From Tricharina praecox (taxonomy: Eukaryota), in contig NW_026250406.1 in NCBI RefSeq assembly GCF_024521635.1, positions 372,001 through 436,000 on the forward strand: 64,000 nt of DNA. Direction: 5' to 3'. The translations under genes and the position numbers were made by a program. Positions 13,671-22,926 of this stretch are shown here, one piece after another. The notes under the pieces were generated by a model that saw nothing but the letters and a program-made list of their open reading frames with translations, ran no database searches and was not told the DNA's origin. The number at the start of each line of letters is the position of its first letter. Within the stretch, counting starts at the first letter, position 1.

Positions 13671-13709
13671 CTTTGTTGCGTCCCCTATCTCTCCACCTAG
13701 CGAACTACC

Positions 13710-14897
13710 ATAGCCACCAACACTCAGGTACCCGACGTCCCCCAGCAGGACGAAGTACCAGTGGCACCCCCCTTCTTCCTAGAAATTCCCGCCGCCATCT
13801 ACGAACAACTCGAGATCATCGTCAATCACGATGCACCCGCCGATGATGCAACCCTGATGGGGTTGTACAACGAATTCAGAATCCTCGCCCGCGCAATCAC
13901 CCTGTCCCCAATAGCCGTACCGACCTGGCGGTTCGACGACCTCGAAGAACAAGTTGCTGACGCCCGCCGCATCGCCAACCGCCTCGCCACCATCAAAACC
14001 CAACGTCAAAGCCACGCTGAGCATGTCCCAGAGCCAGCCGTGTTCGACGGAACACGCGAGAAACTGGAAGTGTTCGTTGCGCAACTTCGACTCAAGCTGT
14101 ATAGCGACCCAGCCCGTTTCCTAACTCCAACACTCCGAATGGCCTATGCCTTCAACCGCTTGGAAGGCCGCGCCCAAGCCCAGATCCTGCCGTACATCGA
14201 GAATCACAACATCTCCCTCACCGACGCTAATGCGATCATCACACTCCTGAACAACGCATTTGGTGACCCTGACCCTGCGGCCTCAGCTCAAGCCAAGCTA
14301 CACCACCTGAAACAAGGCAATAAGGAGTTCACCTCCTACTTTGCGGAATTCCAGATGCTTGTCACCAAGCTCAATTGGGACGAGCATGCGAAACTTGACG
14401 CGCTGCGAGAAGGAGTATCCATCGAACTCCACCGACAACTTGTGGGCCGTACTCAGGGCCTCAACTACGATGAGTTTGTGGCCCTCTGTCAACGCCTTGA
14501 CTCCGAGCTGCGTGCCCTGCAGCTTCGTGAGGGGCGCCGCACCACCAACCCCCCTAGGCAGAGTAGCGCCCCACACCCCACGGCGCCGCCCAGGCACACC
14601 ACCCACAACACCATGCCAACGACGACCACTGCCACAGGAACGGCCCCCGGAGCCATGGACTTGAGTGCCAACAGCCGCAGGATCCCAAGCGAGGAGCGTG
14701 CTGCCCTGCTCTGCGAAGGCCGCTGTCTGTACTGTGGGGGAAGTGGCCACATGGCCAGGCACTGTCCCCTATTTTGCGTTCGTCTAGTCTCTCAGTGTCA
14801 GGAATGGTTGTGGAAGAATCATCAATGGAAGGAAAACATCTTGTTGTATTGTGTAACCTTTCGTTTGGTGACAAAACCATTGCCACGCATGCGCTGA
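13710..14897 (+). pseudogene. B1 gag
   Basis: Start codon is ATA where B2 has ATG. Retrotransposon-gag core and CLYCGGSGHMARHC knuckle. The gag/pol junction seen in B2 is deleted near 14769. Confidence 0.85.
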
Positions 14898-15552
14898 TCG
14901 ATTGTGGGGCAACCGGAATTGCATTTGTAGACAAAGACTTCGCCCGCCATCACCACCTACCCCTCGTACCCCTGAAATCCCCGCGAAGTCTCGAAGTCAT
15001 CGAAGGCCGTCCCATCGAGTCAGGTGACATCACACATGTTGCCACCACCACCCTGTCCATACAGGAACACCACGAGGAAATCCCTATGTTTGTCACCAAA
15101 CTAGGCCACTACCCCGTTGTACTCGGAATCCCCTGGATGGACCTCCACGATGTGGCCATCCGGTTCAGCTCCCGAACCCTCACCTTTGGCTCCCAATACT
15201 GCACAGCCAACTGCAATGCGGTACCCACAGTTGCACATGGAATCACCACCGACCAGCCTGACGTATCTACCTATGCTCTCGCGTCAAAAGCAGCTCAGCA
15301 AGAGCCAGCGGTAAGCGCGGGGGCCGGCGACATCGTGGCCCGCCACATTACGTCTCCCCCAAGGAAGAATCACCAAGAACGCACTAACCTTTCAAGGGAA
15401 AGCACAGTCAGAATCTCAGCCTTACAGATGGAGTCATTCCAAGAACTGGTCAACAAGGAAAGCCTCACGATTTTCAACACCCCGCTTGCCGAGGTCAACG
15501 GCGCACTGGAAGGAAACAAGGACCCCACGGCACATATCCCTCACGAATACCA
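14774..15552 (+). pseudogene. B1 pol 5' part (aspartic protease)
   Basis: ALIDCGATG and VVLGIPW motifs. Interrupted by A1 at HEYH|EF. Confidence 0.88.
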
Positions 15553-16241
15553 TGTGACACCCCGATAGGTATCGGAGGTCACGACGGTCGCAAGAGATGT
15601 GATTAGATAGTTCGGGTGATTAGAATAGAGTTGCGAGCCGAAAGGATAGTTAGAAGCGATCAAGGACAAGATAGGAAGGAGGGAGCAAACGGATTCCAGA
15701 GTCTAGACAGTGATCGGAGATGCGGGAGATCGGGATAACAGTCCAGAGGACTTTGAGATCTCCGATCATAGGGCCCCGCAGTAGGAACTCCGATCCAGGA
15801 AAAAACTGTTATGACGAGAGAATCGAACATCGACCGATGGGGGCAGACAACTTCGAGCGAAGAACTCTGCCGGCGCATGAGGGAGATAATTGCTCGGAAA
15901 CTCCGATCTATCTTGGGCGCGTGGTGTTTACCACCTGCCTAGTCGAGAAGACTATCCGAAGAGAGCTGACGACGACTCAAGGCTAGGCCGCGGAACTCCG
16001 ACGCAAAGGAAGCAACGGAGCTACGTTAGGCCGCACTCTAGAGGAATCACGTGCTGAGGATCGGGACGACTATAAGTCGAACCGAGCGGGCAACCGAACA
16101 AACTACAATCATCGCACCGAACAAACCATCGAACAAACACCCTTAAGATTATTCCGTTGTGAATTATCGAAATCCCTGACTTTTATTCTATCCTCGATTT
16201 TACTATAGACTCCGACGGCACAAACCCGTCCCAGTCTCACA
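15553..16241 (+). repeat. A1 5' LTR
   Basis: TGTGACACCCC...GTCTCACA. TATAAG at 16071. Confidence 0.97.
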
Positions 16242-16280
16242 CTATAATCTTAAAGGTTACAGTCACCGATTTCTATCGAA

Positions 16281-18284
16281 ATGTCCTCCTCAAACCTCGA
16301 CATGCTCCGCCTCGAACTTCCTCAGACCCTGAGCAATGCGCTCGTTAGCATCCCGCAAGCATCCGAAACCGTCGAAGTACGAAACCCGGCAGCCTGGCTC
16401 AGGCTGATGAACCACCAATACCAAACGGCACAAAGAGACCTGCGCCAGCTTTACCAAGCATGCGATCAGAAGTTCAACGAAGAGGACTCCCGAATGCAGG
16501 AAATCAGAAGGAACTACGAACAACTCTGCGATGGGGTCAAGTATGTGTACAACCTCTACGCTCACAATGCCGAAATGAATACAGAATGGCTTCGAACCGA
16601 GCTGTCAACGGTAGCGAACGCGACGCACGCCCTGAGCAGCGACGTATGGGCAGTCATTCGAGAACGTAACCAGAAAGACGAAGACAACCACGAGTTGCAA
16701 AGCGTCGCAAACGCTCGGCTACAAGACGCCATCGTGTTCCTCGAAACGGCGCAAGTCGAACAACGCAGGGAGCAAGCGGTGTACAACCGCAACGTGGAAA
16801 TTTGGGCAGGGAAACAGGAAGAGAAGGCGGAATACCTCTACAAAGAGCAACAGCGAATCAAGGAAAAAATCGCTCGAGCGGAGAAAAAATTGAAGGCTGT
16901 AGAGGTAAGGACAGGGAAGGCGAAGGAAAAGGCCCCAGAGTGGGTAAACACCACCCCAAGAGGAGGATCGCGGGCAGAAAGGTCAGCAACAAGGGAAACT
17001 CCGGCAGGTGCAGGAATGTCCCCTCCTCCTCCACCCCCAAGACGTCCGGTGACTAACCTTGGAGGTGATCCCTCGGATGAGGAACCATCGGATGATGACG
17101 ATTCCATCCCCTTGCCGCGTGGTTCGCCGCCCCGTCACCGACACGCTCCGCTACCAAGAGAAGACGACGAAGACGAAGAGAGTCGCTTCGCTCGGATCAT
17201 CGCTGCTGCCGTTTCCGCATCGAACCCGAGGGCCATCAAGCTTGTAATGAAAGAGCCCAAGCCGTTCGATGGCAAGCAAAGAACAGCCTTCCGTCCATGG
17301 TGGGACTCAGTTGAAGAATATCTTGAGTTCCACCCAGAAACAAACGAGCAGCAGAAGATAGCGTGGGTGGGATCCCGACTGGAAGGAACAGCGGCAGAAT
17401 GGCATCAGGCCCGTCGAAAAAGCCTGAGGCAGCTACACTTGGAAGATACCTGGCAGGCGTACCAAGAGGCACTCAAGGAGGCGTACCGCGACACGCAGGA
17501 AGGAGCGAACGCATTAAGAAGGATGTGGGCCCTCGAATACAAAGGAGACATTCAGGCTTACATGACCTCCTTCCGATCGCTCAACATGATCGCTCGCGCC
17601 ACCGGCGAACCGCTACAAGACATAGTCAACCAGGCCATGACTACCGACATCGTTGATATGAGCTTCAACCAGCACACCGAACCCTACGAAGACGATGAAG
17701 ACTTCCTGGAAACGGTGCTCAGGGCTGGCAACCATGTGGAACGACGGGACGCGCTGAAGAAGGCAAGGGCAATGAGGAAAGGGGGATCGGGTAGCCAGGG
17801 TTCCGGCGGCGACCGGAAGGGACCTGGCAACGGCCGGCAGGGCCAAGGAAAGGGAAGAGACCCCGGGGGCCGCAAGGAAAGCGGGGAGTCCCCGGAGGGC
17901 CGAAAGGCCAAGGAAGCAACAGGAGTCAGGAAGGGAAGGACAAGGGAAGGGGACATCTACGCAGGAGCAAAGGAGGCTCTGGTAGGGGTTCCCCAGAAGG
18001 AGATCGATGCTCACAAAGCATCCAAGTGCGACTGTTGGCGTTGCGGACGAGACGGCCACCGAACCTTCCAATGCTACGCCAGAAAAACAGTCGCGGGTAC
18101 CGAACTCCCCGAGAGTCCAAAGGTGTCATCCGTGACAAAGAGAAAGCGGGACACCCAGGATGCCGAACCCACTCGACCGAGGTCCAAGCAACACAAGGCT
18201 GCGGCGGTTGTGGTGGAGGATGAAGCAATGACGGAGGCCCCTCCATTCTGGGAAAGGAATGAGAGTGAGCCGGAGGATTTTTGA
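16281..18284 (+). CDS. gag: Gag (667 aa): N-terminal helical region, capsid, CCHC zinc knuckle
   Basis: ATG ORF with EPKPFDG, WVGSRLEGTAAEW and CWRCGRDGHRTFQC. Confidence 0.95.
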   Translation: MSSSNLDMLRLELPQTLSNALVSIPQASETVEVRNPAAWLRLMNHQYQTAQRDLRQLYQACDQKFNEEDSRMQEIRRNYEQLCDGVKYVYNLYAHNAEMNTEWLRTELSTVANATHALSSDVWAVIRERNQKDEDNHELQSVANARLQDAIVFLETAQVEQRREQAVYNRNVEIWAGKQEEKAEYLYKEQQRIKEKIARAEKKLKAVEVRTGKAKEKAPEWVNTTPRGGSRAERSATRETPAGAGMSPPPPPPRRPVTNLGGDPSDEEPSDDDDSIPLPRGSPPRHRHAPLPREDDEDEESRFARIIAAAVSASNPRAIKLVMKEPKPFDGKQRTAFRPWWDSVEEYLEFHPETNEQQKIAWVGSRLEGTAAEWHQARRKSLRQLHLEDTWQAYQEALKEAYRDTQEGANALRRMWALEYKGDIQAYMTSFRSLNMIARATGEPLQDIVNQAMTTDIVDMSFNQHTEPYEDDEDFLETVLRAGNHVERRDALKKARAMRKGGSGSQGSGGDRKGPGNGRQGQGKGRDPGGRKESGESPEGRKAKEATGVRKGRTREGDIYAGAKEALVGVPQKEIDAHKASKCDCWRCGRDGHRTFQCYARKTVAGTELPESPKVSSVTKRKRDTQDAEPTRPRSKQHKAAAVVVEDEAMTEAPPFWERNESEPEDF

Positions 18285-21200
18285 GCGGCCCCAGCACTCC
18301 GCAGACTGGACGGCCAAGTGTATATGTTTGCGGAACGAAGAGACCACGGCCTCAGGATATCGACAGCGAATCCAGAGATAAGCGAAGACGAACGGACCAA
18401 CCTATTTCTACGAGTCCAACCGCGCCGAGCGCCTCAGGGTGTGAGCCCCCAAAACCTGTCAGCGGACCACGACCAATCATAGAAATGATGCTCCTCTGGT
18501 CTGAGCACAAGCGACGACGGATCCGAGTACTCCTCGACACAGGATGTGCCATTCCGATCATCAAACGAAGCCTTGCACGAGAACTTGGGTTGCCCCTCAT
18601 TCAACGACCCAAGCCGGTGGAAATCAAGGACTTCCACGGAACCATAGTGGAAGGAGCCGGGGAATATTATACAATGCCGATGGTCGTCCAACACCGGAGC
18701 CACTACACCAACGAAACCTTCGAAGTGGCTCCCTTGGACGACTGCGATGCCTACCTCCCGTATTGGTGGATGGCTAAGCATGAACCGACAGGGTTGTGGA
18801 AGAATGAAGCACAGAAAATTCGCTTCACCAGCACCCGATGCAAGGAACATTGCACCTTGCAACAAGCAACCAGCTTTCCGATGGAACTTGACACGTCTGT
18901 CATTCACAATTCGGAGGCTCGCATTATTGGATACGTCTCAGCTGGCCCGGAATCAGATCCACCCATGAATCTGCTTCCGGAGAAGTTCAGACGATATGCC
19001 AACATCATGAGCAAGGAAGCAGCCGATAAGCTTCCCGACCACAAGTCCTACGACCACGCAATCGATCTCAAGGAAGGAGAGACTCCTCCATGGGGTCCTA
19101 TCTATGCCCTATCAGAGAAAGAACTTGAGGCCCTCAGGGAGTGGCTCAAGGAGATGCTCCAGACAGGCAAGATTCGAAGATCCAAATCACCAGCCGGGGC
19201 GCCGATATTATTTGTACCAAAGGCGCACGGCAGGGGTCTCCGATTGTGTGTCGACTATCGCGGTATCAACAAGATTACCGTAGCCAATCGCTACCCACTC
19301 CCGATCATGGCAGAGTTGCAAGACCGAGTCAGGGGTGCGAAAGTCTTCACCAAGATTGATCTGAAGAATGGCTATCACCTTATCCGCATCAAAGAAGGTG
19401 ACGAGTGGAAGACGGCTTTCCGCTGTCGATACGGACTGTTTGAGTTTTTGGTCATGCCGTTTGGGCTGACCAACGCTCCAGCGACGTTTCAGGACATGAT
19501 TAACCACATATTTCGGGATATGTTGGACCTGGGACTGGCCGCGTACATCGATGACCTCCTCATCTATGCGAAGACGCACGAGGAGCATGACAAGATAGTC
19601 ATCGAGGTACTAAAGAGGTTGGAAGAAAATAAGTTGGCAATCTCACCAGAAAAGTGTGTCTGGTCGACAGGGAGAGTCGAGTTCCTAGGATACGTGATAT
19701 CCCAAGATGGAATTGAGATGGCTAAGGACAAGGTGGAATCTGTGCTCTCGTGGGAGGCGCCGCGGTCCCTGAAGGAAGTACAAGCCTTTCTTGGGTTCGC
19801 CAATTTTTACAGGCGCTTCATCAAGGATTTCTCAAAGATCACGAGACCCTTGACCGAGAGCACAAAAGAAAAAGGGAAGGATTGGAGATGGACAGCGGAG
19901 ATGGAACTGGCCTTCGAGGAGCTGAAGTCTAAGTTCACCACGGCACCGATTCTCGGGCACTTCAACCCAGAATTACCTGTCGTGGTGGAATCCGACGCTT
20001 CGGACTTCGCGTTGGGCGCGGTCCTGTCTCAAAAGACAGAGGATGGGAAGTTACACCCAGTTGCGTTCCACTCAAGAAAGTTTACCCCAGCCGAAATCAA
20101 CTTTGAGATTCACGATAAGGAACTACTCGCGATAGTAGACTCTTTCAAACGCTGGCGGCAATACCTTGAGGGAGCAAAACACCAGATCCAGGTGTACAGC
20201 GACCACCAGAACCTTGAGTACTTCACAACCACGAAAGTACTCAATCGACGGCAGGCGAGATGGGCACAAGAACTCGCTGGCATCGACTTCAAAATCTACT
20301 ACCGGCCCGGCAGCCAGAACGGCAAACCTGACGCATTATCCAGGCGCCCGGAGTACCGCCCTGAAAAAGGGGGGGGTGAAGATCAGCCGATTACGACGAT
20401 CCTGCATAAATCACACTTTGCAGGCGACGATTCGAGAGTTTCATCAATCAGCACCGGAGGCGAAAGCACCGTGTTCCTGGTTTCGTCAACTCGGCTACAA
20501 TCAATCCCCGTGCCAAAGTGGAATGAAGAATTTCTGGGTTGGGTCAGGAAGGCAGGAAAGGAAGATGCTGGGTATCAGGAGGCTCTGAGCAGCATCAAGG
20601 ACACGAACGAGGACGCGGCTCAGAAGGACACTGAGTCGGAGGGCCGAAAGGCCTGGGAACTGGCCGCCGAGAGTAGGGACTCCGGCAGGATGGGCCGAAA
20701 GGCCAGGATTTTGAGGATGGAAGAGGGGTGCCTGTATAGGAAAGAAAGGCTATGGGTACCAGACGATAAGGAACTCGTCAGACACATCCTCGAGTCGGAA
20801 CACGATACGAAAGTCGCGGGGCATATGGGCCAGGATAAGACTATCGAACTTATCCGACGCAATTTGTGGTGGCCAAAGATGGACGAGCAGATTATAGACT
20901 TCGTCCGGAGTTGCGCGCAGTGCCAGAAGGACAAAGCAACAAGGCACCAGCCGTATGGACTACTCAATCCCCTCGAGTTACCATACACCCCATGGCAATC
21001 AATAGCCATGGACTTCATTACCGACCTACCGGAATCCAACGGATGCGACCAGCTATGGGTGGTCGTCGACCGCTTCACCAAGATGGCGCATTTCATCCCC
21101 CTACCTAAGGATGGAAAGATAGCCGAGGATCTCGCTAAGATTTTTGCCCGCGAGATATGGCGCTTTCACGGATTACCAGCAGACATAGTGTCGGACCGAG

Positions 21201-22090
21201 ACTCACGGTTTACCTCGGGTACATGGAAAGAATTCATCCGGCTGCTAGGCATTAAGCCCCGGATGTCAACAGCGTTCCACCCACAGACGGATGGACAAAC
21301 CGAACGCCTCAACCAGACGATCGAAGCATACCTCCGCTCCTTCGTCAACTACGAACAGAACGATTGGGTGAATCTCCTACCGATGGCTGAGTTTGCCTAC
21401 AACAACTCGGTTACATCGGCAACCGGAATGTCGCCCTTCTATGCGAATATCGGATACCACCCGTCGGCGACAAACCCTGCTGCGGCAAATTCTCTCAACC
21501 CCGCCAGCAAGGTCTACGCTCACTGGATGCATACAGTCCACGAGGAAAACATCAAGACCCTCGAACGAACGCGCGAACGAATGCGCAAGTATGCAGATCA
21601 ACATCGTCAGGAGGCACCGGCTTATCAAGTAGGAGACTTGGTAATGCTCAATGGGCGGAACATTCAAACCCGCCGACCCTCGCGGAAGTTGGACCACAAG
21701 AACCATGGTCCCTTCCAAATCGAGAAGATCGTATCGCCGCTCGCTGTCAAGCTCACTCTGCCAAGGAAGTGGAAGATTCATAATGTCTTTCACGTCTCGC
21801 TCGTTGAACCGTTCCGAGCCGGCACCCGAACACCACCGGATCCCTCTCAAATCTTACGAGAGGCCGATGATGTGGAAGGCAACGAAGAATACGACGTCGA
21901 TGAGGTTATGGGCAGCTCGAAGAAAGGTCGACGAGTGCTCTACCTCGTCAAATGGCTCAACTACCCCGAACGACGGGACTGGACGAACGAGCCATTCGAC
22001 AACTTCTCATTAGGCGGTCGGGAAAAGCTACGCGAGTTTCATCGCAAAAATCCCGATGCGCCGAGGGACTACCGGCTTACAGATGAGTAA
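18281..22090 (+). CDS. pol: Pol in the -1 frame: protease, RT, RNase H, integrase, chromodomain
   Basis: LLDTG; YIDD; ESDASDFALGAVLSQ; H..H..CAQC; DFIT, SDRD and GQTER; YDVDEV...YLVKWLNY. Confidence 0.97.
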   Translation: MSGPSTPQTGRPSVYVCGTKRPRPQDIDSESRDKRRRTDQPISTSPTAPSASGCEPPKPVSGPRPIIEMMLLWSEHKRRRIRVLLDTGCAIPIIKRSLARELGLPLIQRPKPVEIKDFHGTIVEGAGEYYTMPMVVQHRSHYTNETFEVAPLDDCDAYLPYWWMAKHEPTGLWKNEAQKIRFTSTRCKEHCTLQQATSFPMELDTSVIHNSEARIIGYVSAGPESDPPMNLLPEKFRRYANIMSKEAADKLPDHKSYDHAIDLKEGETPPWGPIYALSEKELEALREWLKEMLQTGKIRRSKSPAGAPILFVPKAHGRGLRLCVDYRGINKITVANRYPLPIMAELQDRVRGAKVFTKIDLKNGYHLIRIKEGDEWKTAFRCRYGLFEFLVMPFGLTNAPATFQDMINHIFRDMLDLGLAAYIDDLLIYAKTHEEHDKIVIEVLKRLEENKLAISPEKCVWSTGRVEFLGYVISQDGIEMAKDKVESVLSWEAPRSLKEVQAFLGFANFYRRFIKDFSKITRPLTESTKEKGKDWRWTAEMELAFEELKSKFTTAPILGHFNPELPVVVESDASDFALGAVLSQKTEDGKLHPVAFHSRKFTPAEINFEIHDKELLAIVDSFKRWRQYLEGAKHQIQVYSDHQNLEYFTTTKVLNRRQARWAQELAGIDFKIYYRPGSQNGKPDALSRRPEYRPEKGGGEDQPITTILHKSHFAGDDSRVSSISTGGESTVFLVSSTRLQSIPVPKWNEEFLGWVRKAGKEDAGYQEALSSIKDTNEDAAQKDTESEGRKAWELAAESRDSGRMGRKARILRMEEGCLYRKERLWVPDDKELVRHILESEHDTKVAGHMGQDKTIELIRRNLWWPKMDEQIIDFVRSCAQCQKDKATRHQPYGLLNPLELPYTPWQSIAMDFITDLPESNGCDQLWVVVDRFTKMAHFIPLPKDGKIAEDLAKIFAREIWRFHGLPADIVSDRDSRFTSGTWKEFIRLLGIKPRMSTAFHPQTDGQTERLNQTIEAYLRSFVNYEQNDWVNLLPMAEFAYNNSVTSATGMSPFYANIGYHPSATNPAAANSLNPASKVYAHWMHTVHEENIKTLERTRERMRKYADQHRQEAPAYQVGDLVMLNGRNIQTRRPSRKLDHKNHGPFQIEKIVSPLAVKLTLPRKWKIHNVFHVSLVEPFRAGTRTPPDPSQILREADDVEGNEEYDVDEVMGSSKKGRRVLYLVKWLNYPERRDWTNEPFDNFSLGGREKLREFHRKNPDAPRDYRLTDE

Positions 22091-22218
22091 GAGTTTTTTC
22101 CCATGTGGTTTTTCTCGAACTCGGGCAGGTAGTAGGATGAAGGGGTTGGAGGACTTCATCCACAGTTATCAAGTTAGGATAAAGGCGAGGACTTGGGTGC
22201 TTCGGGCCGAAGCCTCGT

Positions 22219-22232
22219 GGGAGGGGAGATGG
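22219..22232 (+). other. Polypurine tract of A1
   Basis: GGGAGGGGAGATGG immediately before the 3' LTR. Confidence 0.85.
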
Positions 22233-22921
22233 TGTGACACCCCGATAGGTATCGGAGGTCACGACGGTCGCAAGAGATGTGATTAGATAGTTCGGGTGAT
22301 TAGAATAGAGTTGCGAGCCGAAAGGATAGTTAGAAGCGATCAAGGACAAGATAGGAAGGAGGGAGCAAACGGATTCCAGAGTCTAGACAGTGATCGGAGA
22401 TGCGGGAGATCGGGATAACAGTCCAGAGGACTTTGAGATCTCCGATCATAGGGCCCCGCAGTAGGAACTCCGATCCAGGAAAAAACTGTTATGACGAGAG
22501 AATCGAACATCGACCGATGGGGGCAGACAACTTCGAGCGAAGAACTCTGCCGGCGCATGAGGGAGATAATTGCTCGGAAACTCCGATCTATCTTGGGCGC
22601 GTGGTGTTTACCACCTGCCTAGTCGAGAAGACTATCCGAAGAGAGCTGACGACGACTCAAGGCTAGGCCGCGGAACTCCGACGCAAAGGAAGCAACGGAG
22701 CTACGTTAGGCCGCACTCTAGAGGAATCACGTGCTGAGGATCGGGACGACTATAAGTCGAACCGAGCGGGCAACCGAACAAACTACAATCATCGCACCGA
22801 ACAAACCATCGAACAAACACCCTTAAGATTATTCCGTTGTGAATTATCGAAATCCCTGACTTTTATTCTATCCTCGATTTTACTATAGACTCCGACGGCA
22901 CAAACCCGTCCCAGTCTCACA
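22233..22921 (+). repeat. A1 3' LTR
   Basis: No mismatch to 15553-16241 found in a line-by-line comparison. Confidence 0.97.
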
Positions 22922-22926
22922 TACCA

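Larger units (their letters stand above)
15553..22921 (+). mobile_element. Intact Ty3/Gypsy chromovirus, family A copy A1
   Basis: Identical 689-bp TG..CA LTRs. TSD TACCA at 15548-15552 and 22922-22926. Open gag and pol, and a PPT. Confidence 0.98.

Noticed and set aside
15660..15986. ORFs inside A1 LTRs and antisense ORFs over gag/pol
   Set aside because: No recognisable motifs. They are duplicated only because the repeats are.
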